A DNA stretch of 64,000 nucleotides, from the IMG/VR virus record IMGVR_UViG_3300009667_000002, positions 1 through 64,000 of that record. One strand, given 5' to 3'. Positions 19,796 to 29,934 of this stretch are shown here, piece by piece (position 1 is the first letter of the stretch; each line of letters begins with the position of its first letter). Position numbers and translations under genes: made by a program. Below the pieces are notes generated by a model. It worked only from the letters and a program-made list of their open reading frames with translations, was not told where the DNA came from and did no database searches. The DNA is from an uncultured virus (IMG/VR IMGVR_UViG_3300009667_000002) (Duplodnaviria; Heunggongvirae; Uroviricota; Caudoviricetes).

Positions 19796-22444
19796 ATGCA
19801 ATCTAAATTTTTATTTGTTGTTACTTGTGAAAGAATTGGTAGACGACAAGCCTATTATATAGATTTTCCATATAATGAACAAATTGTTGGTAGAATAAAA
19901 AAATTACCAGAAGAAACACGTAAGTGGAATGGTGGTTTAAAAAAATGGGAAATAACTACCCAATCGTTATTTAAATTAATTAAATCATATAAAAATTCTG
20001 ATAAAATTTTTTTTGATTTCGGTGATGAAAATTCACGAAATGTTTTTAAGGAACAAGTAAATAAAATAAAATTACTTGAAAATAAAAAACGTGAAGAAAT
20101 TATTTTATTAAATAAAAAGAAGGAAAAATGGATTGAATATAAAAAAGAATTAGAAAATAATTATGAAAAGTATTGGGATGAATGTCATAGTTATTTAAAT
20201 GAAAATGTTAAATTATATCCACATCAAATAGTTGCAGCATTATTTATAAATTCTACACGTAATGCTTTAATTTCACATGAAATGGGATTGGGTAAAGCCC
20301 AAGATTTAGATTCATTATTATTAACACCAAATGGTTGGATTAGAATGGGCGATGTTAATGTTGGTGATTATGTTATTGGTTACGATGGATTACCAAAAAA
20401 AGTAACTGGTGTTTATCCACAAGGTTTAAAAGATATTTACGAAATTGAATTTAGTGATGGAACAATTGCTAAATCATGTCTTGAACATTATTGGAAAGTA
20501 AAAAATATTAACAATAGTAAATATGTTGTTAAAACATTAGAAGATATTATAAATTTTGGTATTGTGGATAATAATAATTTTTATTGTTGGGAAATTCCAA
20601 TGATAAAACCAATATCATTTGAAAAAAGAAATCTTTTAATTAAGCCATATAATTTAGGTTTGCTATTGTATTGTGGTGATTTTAATCAAAAGTTTTTAAA
20701 AATATCTGATGGTCAAATTGAAGCATCATTAAAATTTTATGAATTACATAAAATTAATTCTAAAAACAGTTTTATTCCAAATGATTATATGTATTCAAAT
20801 ATTGATGATAGGTTTGAACTATTAAATGGTTTGTTGGAAAATTGTGAATATATTCATATTAGAAATGAAATTATTTTTGAATCAGAATCTACATTGTTAA
20901 TTAAAGATGTTCAATTTGTGGTTGAAAGTTTGGGTGGTATTGGTAAAATAGTTGATGATAAATTAATTAGAATTACACTACCATTTGATTTTATGCCAAA
21001 AAAAATAAAAAATAAATATAAATTTATTATACAACCATATCGTTTAATTGTTGATGTTAAATATATTGGTAAAAAAGAATCACAATGTATATCTGTTGAT
21101 TGTGATAATCATCTATATGCAACTAATCATTGTATTTTAACACATAATACGTTATCTAGTATTCTTTATGTTGAAATGAATAAATTTGAAAGGGTTGTTG
21201 TTATAACACCCAATTCATTAAAATTTAATTATCTTAATGAAGTAAAGAAATTCACAAAAAGTAATGCTTTTGTAGTTAATTATAAAAAAAATGATTGTGA
21301 TATTAATGAAGCAAAATATATTATAATAAACTATGATTTTTTTAATCCATCTAATAAAACTAAATTTGATTTAAAATGGAATAAATTAAATATTAATAAT
21401 ATAGATGTTTTAATTTGTGATGAATCACAAAAATTAAAGAACACAAAAACAAATATTTATAAAAATTTTAAAAGAATTTTCAAAGAAGGCATTTTTAAAA
21501 ATAAAAAAGTTAGTAAATTATTTTTAAGTGGAACACCAGCACCAAATAGAGCATATGAATTATATACTGTTTTAAATCAAATATCATCAATTGATTTTCC
21601 AACAAAAAAATATTTTTATGAATATTATTGTGGTATGACATATGATTTTGAAAATGGTTGGGGTTATGTTCAAAATACAATGGAACAAAAATTTGAAGAA
21701 CTTTACTATAAAATAGCACCATATACTCATAGAAAAAGAAAATTTGAAGTATTGAATGATTTACCTGATAAAATATATCAAAGAATTGTATTAGAATTAA
21801 CAAATGATGAATTATCAACCTATAATAAAATTGAACAGGATGTTGTTAACGATTTTATTGATAAACCAAGTTATAATCCATTAACTATAATGCTTCGATT
21901 AAGACAATATTTATCGGAAGTTAAAATAAAACATATTATAGAATTGGTTGAAAATATTATAGAAACTGGTGAAAAGGTGATTATTATGGATTATTTTAAA
22001 GAATCACTATATGAATTAAAAAAATATTTTGGAAATTTGGCGGGTTTACATACAGGTAATCAAAGTATTGAAGAACGTTCAGATGTTGTTAATTCATTTC
22101 AAGACCCAAATAATCAAATGAAAATCTTTTTAGGTACGATTCAAACAAGTAATTATGGATTGACATTAACAGCAGCAAGTAAGTTATTTATTATGACTTT
22201 ACCATATAGTGTTGGTGAATATGACCAAGCAGCAGATAGATGTCATAGAATTGGTCAAAAGGATGTTGTAAATATATATCCATTAATATTTTTAGATACA
22301 ATAGATGATTATGTTTATTCAAAAATTGAAACTAAACGTGAAGAAATTATAAAAGTGTTGGATAATGAAAAATATACATCAAATGTTGAAGAATCGGTGT
22401 TGAGTGATGTTATTGAGAAAATAAAAAGTAAATATGGGAAGTAA
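19796..22444 (+). CDS. SNF2-family (HARP/SMARCAL1-like) helicase with intein
   Basis: HEMGLGK|T Walker A split by the intein; CDESQ, LSGTP, QAADRCHRIGQ; N-terminal HARP-like FPYN..RKWN..W. Confidence 0.9.
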   Translation: MQSKFLFVVTCERIGRRQAYYIDFPYNEQIVGRIKKLPEETRKWNGGLKKWEITTQSLFKLIKSYKNSDKIFFDFGDENSRNVFKEQVNKIKLLENKKREEIILLNKKKEKWIEYKKELENNYEKYWDECHSYLNENVKLYPHQIVAALFINSTRNALISHEMGLGKAQDLDSLLLTPNGWIRMGDVNVGDYVIGYDGLPKKVTGVYPQGLKDIYEIEFSDGTIAKSCLEHYWKVKNINNSKYVVKTLEDIINFGIVDNNNFYCWEIPMIKPISFEKRNLLIKPYNLGLLLYCGDFNQKFLKISDGQIEASLKFYELHKINSKNSFIPNDYMYSNIDDRFELLNGLLENCEYIHIRNEIIFESESTLLIKDVQFVVESLGGIGKIVDDKLIRITLPFDFMPKKIKNKYKFIIQPYRLIVDVKYIGKKESQCISVDCDNHLYATNHCILTHNTLSSILYVEMNKFERVVVITPNSLKFNYLNEVKKFTKSNAFVVNYKKNDCDINEAKYIIINYDFFNPSNKTKFDLKWNKLNINNIDVLICDESQKLKNTKTNIYKNFKRIFKEGIFKNKKVSKLFLSGTPAPNRAYELYTVLNQISSIDFPTKKYFYEYYCGMTYDFENGWGYVQNTMEQKFEELYYKIAPYTHRKRKFEVLNDLPDKIYQRIVLELTNDELSTYNKIEQDVVNDFIDKPSYNPLTIMLRLRQYLSEVKIKHIIELVENIIETGEKVIIMDYFKESLYELKKYFGNLAGLHTGNQSIEERSDVVNSFQDPNNQMKIFLGTIQTSNYGLTLTAASKLFIMTLPYSVGEYDQAADRCHRIGQKDVVNIYPLIFLDTIDDYVYSKIETKREEIIKVLDNEKYTSNVEESVLSDVIEKIKSKYGK
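20297..21148 (+). mobile_element. class 3 intein (284 aa) with degenerate LAGLIDADG region
   Basis: Starts AQDLD (Ala1); block B CLEHYW; block F QCISVD; ends ILTHN|T. Confidence 0.85.
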
Positions 22445-22799
22445 ATTTCAAGTTAGTAATAATTTTATTGAAAATTATTTATTGTATTTAATTTTTAATA
22501 ATATTGATTTATCGAATAAGGATGTTTTAACAAAAACTCATGCGACTTTTGTTCAAATTTTACAAAAAAACAAAGGAGTTGGGGAAAATATTGTATTTTT
22601 GGATTTTGATATAAAGGGGGATAATGTTTATATTAAAGTAATTCCAAAAAATTTTATTAGTGCATTATGGTTGTCTGGTATTTTTCCTGAAAATGTTTAT
22701 GATTTGATTGATAAAAATCAGTGTTTAGTTGATAATGTAGTTATTAAATTTAATAAAAAAACAAAACGTCTTACCTATAAAAAGAAAAAAAATGGATAA
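22434..22799 (+). CDS. hypothetical protein
   Basis: ORF overlapping both the helicase and the polymerase. Confidence 0.6.
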   Translation: MGSKFQVSNNFIENYLLYLIFNNIDLSNKDVLTKTHATFVQILQKNKGVGENIVFLDFDIKGDNVYIKVIPKNFISALWLSGIFPENVYDLIDKNQCLVDNVVIKFNKKTKRLTYKKKKNG

Positions 22800-25700
22800 A
22801 AGTAAAGTATTAAGTGAAATTAAGAGTTTTCTTGAGGGTTATAATAATGATTTAAAATATATTGTTAATGTTGAAACAGACCCTAGAACAAATTATGCTG
22901 AATGTATAATACATGAACCAAATCAAGAACCACGTATTGAAAAAATCCAATATGAACCATTTTTATATATGAAAGATTTATCTAAAAATAACATAAAATT
23001 ATATATGGGTAAATCAGATGAATTGGTTGAAAGCAAACGAATTAAATACGGTATAAAAATAAAAAAACTAGAAACAGGTAATCAAAAAAGATTGGTTGAT
23101 GGATATTGTTATATGATAACAAGTAATCGTTCTTATAACGATATTATTAATTATTTAAAAGATGGTGGTATAAATCCATATGAAAAATTGGTAGATGATG
23201 ATGGTAATTTTGTTAGAGACAGTAATGGCGATTATATATATTCACATAGAGATATGTTTTATGGTGTAAGAACAACTGAACAATTTTTTATTTCTACTCA
23301 AAGTAGATTATATAAGGGTATTGAAGAATATAAAAGAATACATAAGTTAACATTCGATATTGAAACTACGGGATTAAGGTATCAAACATCAAGAATTTTT
23401 GCAATTGGTATTAGGGATAATATGGGTTTTGAAACAATACTAAGTGTTAAAGAAAATGATGATGATTTATCAGAAATACAAATAATTCAAGATTTTTTTA
23501 ATTTAATTAATTATTTAAAACCCGCAATTATTGTTGGTTATAACTCTGAAATGTTTGATTTTGATTTTATTTTAGGTAGGGCTAAAATTTTGAATATGGA
23601 TTTATCAAAAATACCCACAAGTTTAAATCAATCAATTTCAATAAAAAGAAAAGGAAATAGTACGGTAAAAATTGGTGGTTCTACTGAAAAATATACATCA
23701 ACTGATATGTGGGGTTATTCAATAATTGATACCTTACATGCAGTAAAACGTACTGCTGCGGTAAATAGTGATTTAAGAGCAACTGGATTGAAATATGTTG
23801 CTAATTTTGAAAACATTTCAAAACCAAATAGAACATATATTAAGGGTGAAGATAATATGATTGGTAAGTATTATAATGAAAATAAAATATTTTTAATTAA
23901 TGAAAGTAATGAATATTATGAATTACCCAATGAATATCAAAAAATTGGTGAATTGTTGCTTAAATTACAAATAGAAAAAAGTAAGATATCTGATGAAGAA
24001 TACAAAGAAAGAAAAAAGAGGTGTTTAGATAATAATAAAAATTTTGTTGATTGGTATAGAAATTTTACTAAAAAAAATAAAATGTTTAATTTTATTAATG
24101 GTAAGAGAATAGTAAAACAATATTTATTAGATGATTTATGGGAAACGGAACAAGTGGATGAATTATATAATCAAACCTCTTTTATGCTTGCAAAAATAGT
24201 TCCAACTACCTTTTTACGTATTTGTACAATGGGTACTGCTTCAATTTGGAATTTATTGTTAACGGCATGGAGTTATGAAAATGGTTTGGCAATACCGATA
24301 TGTGATGAAAATGAAAGATTTAGTGGTGGTTTGGCTAGATGTTATAAAACAGGATATACTGAACGAATAATAAAAATTGACTATAGTTCCCTATACCCAA
24401 TGATTCAATTGACAGATAATGTTTTTCCATTTTTTGATATTACTGGTGTGATGAAAAAAATGTTACTATATTTAACATCAACACGTAATATATATAAAAA
24501 ATTAGGTTCTGGTATTAAAATGAAAGATGACGAACTTTCATTATTAAAAGAAATTGATTTTGAATTATATATTAAATATATGAATGGTATATTAAAAGAT
24601 AGTGATGTTTCAATTTCAAAAATTAAACAATTACCATTAAAAATATTAAATAATTCATTGTTTGGTGCATTGGGTTCAAATATTTCATTTAATTGGTCAG
24701 ATAATGTATGTGCAGCACGTATTACTTGTATTGGTAGAATTCAATTAAGACATGCAATAAAATGGTTTAATGATTTTGGTTGTATTCCTTTGTTGGCAGT
24801 AACGGATGGTATTAATTTTAAAATACCTAATAAAACAACAATTCGTATTATCAATGATATTGTTGAATATAATCAAAATGAGGATATTATTGAAAATATG
24901 TGGGTTTTTGATGATGAAAAGGGTATTGATGCACTAATAAAAAAATATAATAAAGAAGAAATGAAACCACCATATATGTCAGTAGATAATGATATGGAAA
25001 ATATTTCTTGTTTGAATTTATCACGTATTAATTATGCAACATTAACAAAGAAAAAAGATAAAAAAACTAATGAAATGAAAAATGTTGTTAAATTAACAGG
25101 TAATACGATAAAATCTAAAACAATGCCAGAATATATTGAAGATTTTATTGATAATGGAATTAATTTAATTTTAAATGGAAAAGAAAAAGAATTTATTGAA
25201 TATTATAATCAATATGTTGATGATATTTTTTATATGAGAATTCCATTAAAGAAAATAGCAAGTAAGAGTAGGATTAAATTAACCATTAAAGAATATAATA
25301 AAAGAGGTAAAGATAAAAATGGTAGGGATAAGGGTATGCAAGCCCATATGGAATTGATAATTGAAAATAGGGAAAAATTAGTAAATGAATTGTTTGAAAT
25401 ACACAAAAACAAATTTAATTTAGAAAACATTAATAAAGAATTAACAATTAAAGAAAAATTAAAATATGTTTCTAATTATATGCCACCAGAACCCGAATTG
25501 GATAGTATGATATATTATGTTAATCGTGGATATAAAAAATCACATGGTGATTCAAGAAGGATTATTGATAAAAAAACAGGTGAAGAAAGATTTTGTGCGG
25601 TTTTAATTAATAAAGAAGAATTAGTTGAAAATCCTAATATGTTAGGTGAATATAATGTTGAAAAATATTTAGATGCATTTAATAAACGGGTTGAAAGTAT

Positions 25701-26430
25701 TTTAGTTGGTTTTAATCCTGAAATAAGACAAAAAATATTAATAAAAATAAATAGTAAGGGTGAATTGATTAAAAATGATATTAATCCAATAAAAGATGAT
25801 ATTAAATTAAGAAATTTTGATAATGATGATTTAAACGAATCAATGTTTTTAGAAAAAATGGAAGTTGATTTTTGGAATAAAACGGGATATGACCCTAGAT
25901 TAATTTGGAATGGTTTTAAAATGCATGAAAATTATAAAGTTCATTATGAAATTTATGATAATGCTTTAAAATATTTAAATGATAAGATGATTAAAGCAAA
26001 TAAATCGAAAATTAAGTCTATAAATTCAAATTACGATAATGGTGATTTAGTTTTAATTAAAGATGATGATAAATATCATTTGGGTTTATACAATGGAATT
26101 TTTTTAAAAATTGTTAGAAACAATGTTGATATACCAAAATCTGATTTTGAATTGGAATTGGATAGAATAAGAAAAGAAAACCAAAAAAAGAATTTGGATA
26201 ATTTAGAAGTTTTCGATATTATTGATAGAGCAAAAAAAGAAAGCAATGAACGTGAATTAGAAAAAACAAAACAATATTTTCTTGATTTCAAAAAAGATTT
26301 TAATCTTTCAGAAGAATATACAATGGAAAAACTTTTTAATGAAGTTGAAAATGCAAAAGATGCATTTGAAACATATGTTGAAACAAGAAAATTAGAAGAA
26401 TCTATGGGTGAAAATTTTGACGATTATTAG
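22792..26430 (+). CDS. polB: family B DNA polymerase
   Basis: Exo motifs FDIETTG and GYNSEMFD; polymerase motifs DYSSLYP, KILNNSLFG, VTDG. Confidence 0.95.
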   Translation: MDKSKVLSEIKSFLEGYNNDLKYIVNVETDPRTNYAECIIHEPNQEPRIEKIQYEPFLYMKDLSKNNIKLYMGKSDELVESKRIKYGIKIKKLETGNQKRLVDGYCYMITSNRSYNDIINYLKDGGINPYEKLVDDDGNFVRDSNGDYIYSHRDMFYGVRTTEQFFISTQSRLYKGIEEYKRIHKLTFDIETTGLRYQTSRIFAIGIRDNMGFETILSVKENDDDLSEIQIIQDFFNLINYLKPAIIVGYNSEMFDFDFILGRAKILNMDLSKIPTSLNQSISIKRKGNSTVKIGGSTEKYTSTDMWGYSIIDTLHAVKRTAAVNSDLRATGLKYVANFENISKPNRTYIKGEDNMIGKYYNENKIFLINESNEYYELPNEYQKIGELLLKLQIEKSKISDEEYKERKKRCLDNNKNFVDWYRNFTKKNKMFNFINGKRIVKQYLLDDLWETEQVDELYNQTSFMLAKIVPTTFLRICTMGTASIWNLLLTAWSYENGLAIPICDENERFSGGLARCYKTGYTERIIKIDYSSLYPMIQLTDNVFPFFDITGVMKKMLLYLTSTRNIYKKLGSGIKMKDDELSLLKEIDFELYIKYMNGILKDSDVSISKIKQLPLKILNNSLFGALGSNISFNWSDNVCAARITCIGRIQLRHAIKWFNDFGCIPLLAVTDGINFKIPNKTTIRIINDIVEYNQNEDIIENMWVFDDEKGIDALIKKYNKEEMKPPYMSVDNDMENISCLNLSRINYATLTKKKDKKTNEMKNVVKLTGNTIKSKTMPEYIEDFIDNGINLILNGKEKEFIEYYNQYVDDIFYMRIPLKKIASKSRIKLTIKEYNKRGKDKNGRDKGMQAHMELIIENREKLVNELFEIHKNKFNLENINKELTIKEKLKYVSNYMPPEPELDSMIYYVNRGYKKSHGDSRRIIDKKTGEERFCAVLINKEELVENPNMLGEYNVEKYLDAFNKRVESILVGFNPEIRQKILIKINSKGELIKNDINPIKDDIKLRNFDNDDLNESMFLEKMEVDFWNKTGYDPRLIWNGFKMHENYKVHYEIYDNALKYLNDKMIKANKSKIKSINSNYDNGDLVLIKDDDKYHLGLYNGIFLKIVRNNVDIPKSDFELELDRIRKENQKKNLDNLEVFDIIDRAKKESNERELEKTKQYFLDFKKDFNLSEEYTMEKLFNEVENAKDAFETYVETRKLEESMGENFDDY

Positions 26431-26464
26431 AATCGTTTTAATATTTCAAACACAATTTCTTATA

Positions 26465-26472
26465 GTATTTAT
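26465..26472 (+). promoter_or_regulatory. putative late promoter GTATTTAT
   Basis: Recurrent motif. Confidence 0.6.
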
Positions 26473-26487
26473 ATAAAAAATATAAAT

Positions 26488-27111
26488 ATGAAATTTAGTA
26501 AAAAAGAAATTTTTGAAATTATTGATAGTGATGGTGAATTAATTGGTAGAAAAAAAATACCAACAAATGGTTCTGATTTAGAATCACAAGCAAATAACAC
26601 TACTGATTATAATAGTAGAATTGGAACTCAACCATATAGATATGATATGTTGGGTCGTTTTGGTTTTACATTAATGCCTTTTATGGAAGGTGAAGATAGT
26701 GATGAAAAACAAGATAAATTGGTTAACGATTTAATAGAGTTAATGCAAGAAAAAACATTTAATGTAATTAAGCATTACTATAAAAATCCAAATAAATTAA
26801 AATCCGATTATAGATTATTTGTAAATAAAAAAAAATATTCTAATGATATAAAAGAAGAAGAAATTTGGGTTAACAAAATAATGAAAATTTTTGATGATTA
26901 TTTAAAAAATACAGTAAAACCAATTAAAAATATTGATGAAGATTATGTTAAAGAAGATATGATGGTTGATAATAAAATAGACAGTGATTTAACAAATAAA
27001 TCAACACTATCCGATATTAGGGATATTAAATTAAAAAAAGTTGCAGGATTAATTAATAAATTAAGTCAATCTGATAAAAATAAGTTAATGAAGTTGTTGG
27101 AATTTAATTAA
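26488..27111 (+). CDS. hypothetical protein (possible internal head protein)
   Basis: Follows late motif; several [IL]xE motifs. Confidence 0.55.
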   Translation: MKFSKKEIFEIIDSDGELIGRKKIPTNGSDLESQANNTTDYNSRIGTQPYRYDMLGRFGFTLMPFMEGEDSDEKQDKLVNDLIELMQEKTFNVIKHYYKNPNKLKSDYRLFVNKKKYSNDIKEEEIWVNKIMKIFDDYLKNTVKPIKNIDEDYVKEDMMVDNKIDSDLTNKSTLSDIRDIKLKKVAGLINKLSQSDKNKLMKLLEFN

Positions 27112-27893
27112 TGAACTCTGAATTATATAATAAAAAATATAAAATACCAGAAAAAATATTAAATCACATAAAAAAAGTTTTAATTTTAAATCCTAATGGA
27201 ATTGGTATTAAAAGGGCAAAATTTCTTTTAAATAACAAAGAAATTACATATCAAACACTAAAAAGATTAAAAAATTTTTTTGATTATTTTGTTTCTAATG
27301 GTAAAAATGATATTCAATATGAACTTGCTGGTGGTGTTTTAATGAAAAATTTTGTTGAAAGTACATTAAATTCAGATAGAAATGCGGTTAAAATGAGTAA
27401 AAATATTAAACAAGATGTAATGACAAAACCAAATTCAGAATTAAAACCATATAAAACCCCTAGATTAAATGAAGAATGGAATTATTGTGAATTTGAATTG
27501 AAAAAAAACGCAGTTGCTATTATTCTTAATGAGGATAATAAAATATTATTATTAAAAAGAAGTGATAATCCTAACATATGGATGCCAACAAAATGGGGAT
27601 TAGTTGGTGGTGGTGTTGAAATTGGTGAAACACCAGAAGAAGCAGTAAAAAGAGAAGTTTTTGAAGAAACAAAATTAATTTTGGATAATATTAAATGGTT
27701 GTTTTCTATAAAAAGACATAAAAATAGTATTGAACATATATATATTTCTAAATATATGGGTGACCCAACAAATGTTGTTTTAAACGAAGAACATAATGGT
27801 TATGGTTGGTATCATATAAGTGAAATTAGTTTTTTGGATATAGTACCACATCTGTTAGAATATTTGACAATTGCCTTTAAGAAATATGAATAA
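27111..27893 (+). CDS. NUDIX hydrolase with extra N-terminal domain
   Basis: Nudix box GGGVEIGETPEEAVKREVFEET; RLNEE linker. Confidence 0.9.
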   Translation: MNSELYNKKYKIPEKILNHIKKVLILNPNGIGIKRAKFLLNNKEITYQTLKRLKNFFDYFVSNGKNDIQYELAGGVLMKNFVESTLNSDRNAVKMSKNIKQDVMTKPNSELKPYKTPRLNEEWNYCEFELKKNAVAIILNEDNKILLLKRSDNPNIWMPTKWGLVGGGVEIGETPEEAVKREVFEETKLILDNIKWLFSIKRHKNSIEHIYISKYMGDPTNVVLNEEHNGYGWYHISEISFLDIVPHLLEYLTIAFKKYE

Positions 27894-27896
27894 ATA

Positions 27897-27904
27897 GTAT
27901 TTAT
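27897..27904 (+). promoter_or_regulatory. putative late promoter GTATTTAT
   Basis: Recurrent motif. Confidence 0.6.
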
Positions 27905-27937
27905 AAAAAAATAATATTTATTTAATAAAATAAAAAA

Positions 27938-28204
27938 ATGGAAGATAATTATAGTAATTTACTTGGAATTAGTGAATGTTATCGTGTGTGTAACATAAAT
28001 TATAATTGTAGTAGATATGATTATAATAGTAATAAATATGATGAAAATCACATAGATACAAAATCTGATAATATGGATGAAAGAGGTAGAGAACCTGAAA
28101 ATAGTAAATATATAGGTAATTGCTGTGATATTTTTATTAGAAAATGTCAATTAAATTGTGGTAATATATATTCATCTTCTTATTTATATTGTGATAATTG
28201 TTAA
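27938..28204 (+). CDS. small Cys-rich protein
   Basis: 9 Cys in 88 aa; stop overlaps next start (TAATG). Confidence 0.6.
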   Translation: MEDNYSNLLGISECYRVCNINYNCSRYDYNSNKYDENHIDTKSDNMDERGREPENSKYIGNCCDIFIRKCQLNCGNIYSSSYLYCDNC

Positions 28205-29139
28205 TGATATCTGAAGTAAAAATATTATTTAATAACATTAAAAGATTAAAAAATCTTTTAACTGAAGGTGTTAGTGAAAATGATATCATTAATGCTATTA
28301 ATAATCATGAATGGGTTTATTTATATTATGATGCTGATAATGATAGAAAGGCAAAGGAATTTAGAACAGTTAGAATATATGTTTTAGGTACACATAAAAC
28401 ATCAGGAAAAAAAGTGATTAGAGCATGGCAAGACAATCCTAAAAATAGTTGGCATTTTGATAAAAGACCTACTAGAAAAGATAGTAAAAATCATGATTTT
28501 TGGGTTGATAGTGAAGGTAATAAACCTGGTTGGAGAATGTTTAATGTTGAAAATATAATAAAAATATTACCAACGGGTAAAAAATTTCATGATTCTAATG
28601 GTTTGGTAATGATTCCACAGGGATATCATGAAGGTGGTGATGATAATATGAGTTCAATTGATGCCTATGTTTCAACAAAAAACCAACCAGATTTTGAATA
28701 TAAATATGATAAAGAATTTTATGGTGTTGAAAAGAAACCAAGTGAATTAAATAAAGAAAAATGGGATAGTATTAGAAGGGGTAATAAAAATTCAGTCCAA
28801 ATAACGAGAAATGATGTTATTAAATTGCGTGATTTGGCTAGTAGATTTCATAAAAGAAAATTGAGTAACTATTTAGTTGTTGTTGATGATAAAAAAAATT
28901 ATCAACTTATAACAATTAAAGATAAAGATAGATATAAAATACCTGATAGTGCAATAATTGGTGATTTACCATATTTATCAGATGTTTTTATTAATAAAAA
29001 ACAGGTTGATGATAGAAGATATATTGAGAAATTAAATAAAATAAAAAAAGAAGTTTCAAAAAAATCGTTAAACGTTAATGAAATTGAAAACATATCAACA
29101 ATACCATATAAAAAAACAACACTTTTCAAAAATTTATAG
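28204..29139 (+). CDS. WYL-like domain protein
   Basis: AI.....LYY..R.V.IY.LG..RAW..WRMF.VENI pattern. Confidence 0.6.
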   Translation: MISEVKILFNNIKRLKNLLTEGVSENDIINAINNHEWVYLYYDADNDRKAKEFRTVRIYVLGTHKTSGKKVIRAWQDNPKNSWHFDKRPTRKDSKNHDFWVDSEGNKPGWRMFNVENIIKILPTGKKFHDSNGLVMIPQGYHEGGDDNMSSIDAYVSTKNQPDFEYKYDKEFYGVEKKPSELNKEKWDSIRRGNKNSVQITRNDVIKLRDLASRFHKRKLSNYLVVVDDKKNYQLITIKDKDRYKIPDSAIIGDLPYLSDVFINKKQVDDRRYIEKLNKIKKEVSKKSLNVNEIENISTIPYKKTTLFKNL

Positions 29140-29146
29140 TATTTAT
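29139..29146 (+). promoter_or_regulatory. putative late promoter GTATTTAT
   Basis: Recurrent motif. Confidence 0.6.
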
Positions 29147-29175
29147 AAAAAATAATAATTTTTTATATTTTTGTT

Positions 29176-29808
29176 ATGAATAAACACGATTTAAATAAAT
29201 TAAAAGAAGAAATATCAAATAGAAAGAATGATTTGAATTTAACATCTAGTAATGTAAATCCACGTAATAAATTTTTAACAGAATTATATGAATCGGTTGA
29301 TAGTGGAAAAGAAACTAATGCTTCAGTATTAGTGAAAAGAGTTCATAATTTGGTTTCGGAAAAAAAGAATGAAAAAACAATGTTACCAATTAATGAAAAT
29401 TTTGATACGAATTTTAATAATCAGAAACAAACACATCAACCTTTTATTTTTTCAAAAGAAAATGATATGGAACGTGATGATGATTTGTGGAAAGAAATAG
29501 AAAGGAGAAATAATCAAACATTGGCAAATTCACTAGAAAAATATTCTCAATATTCATTAAATAAAAATCAGCAACCTTCATTTCCACAAATTAACGATGA
29601 TTTATTAAATCAAAAAATTAAAGGAATTATTGATAATCATTTACTTGAAAGTTTTACACCAATTGTTGAGGAAACAATAAAAAGTACAATAGTTGAATTA
29701 TATGCTGTTGAAAGAATAAAAGAAGTATTAAAAGAGAATAAAAATCTTATAAAAGAAATTGTTTATGATGTAATACGTGAACTTCAAAAAAGAACAAAAC
29801 CAAAATAA
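29176..29808 (+). CDS. hypothetical helical protein
   Basis: ORF between promoter motif and terminator. Confidence 0.6.
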   Translation: MNKHDLNKLKEEISNRKNDLNLTSSNVNPRNKFLTELYESVDSGKETNASVLVKRVHNLVSEKKNEKTMLPINENFDTNFNNQKQTHQPFIFSKENDMERDDDLWKEIERRNNQTLANSLEKYSQYSLNKNQQPSFPQINDDLLNQKIKGIIDNHLLESFTPIVEETIKSTIVELYAVERIKEVLKENKNLIKEIVYDVIRELQKRTKPK

Positions 29809-29828
29809 AATATTTTATTTAAAACAAT

Positions 29829-29865
29829 AAAATCCGTTTAATTTATATTAAATGGATTTTTTTTT
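29829..29865 (+). terminator. Rho-independent terminator
   Basis: aaaatccgtttaa/ttaaatggatttt plus T run. Confidence 0.75.
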
Positions 29866-29905
29866 ATTATAATTATAAAAAAAATGTTTTCGTTAAAGTA
29901 AGTAA

Positions 29906-29913
29906 CTATTTAT
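29906..29913 (+). promoter_or_regulatory. putative late promoter CTATTTAT
   Basis: Recurrent motif. Confidence 0.55.
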
Positions 29914-29934
29914 TAATATAATTATTATAATAAT

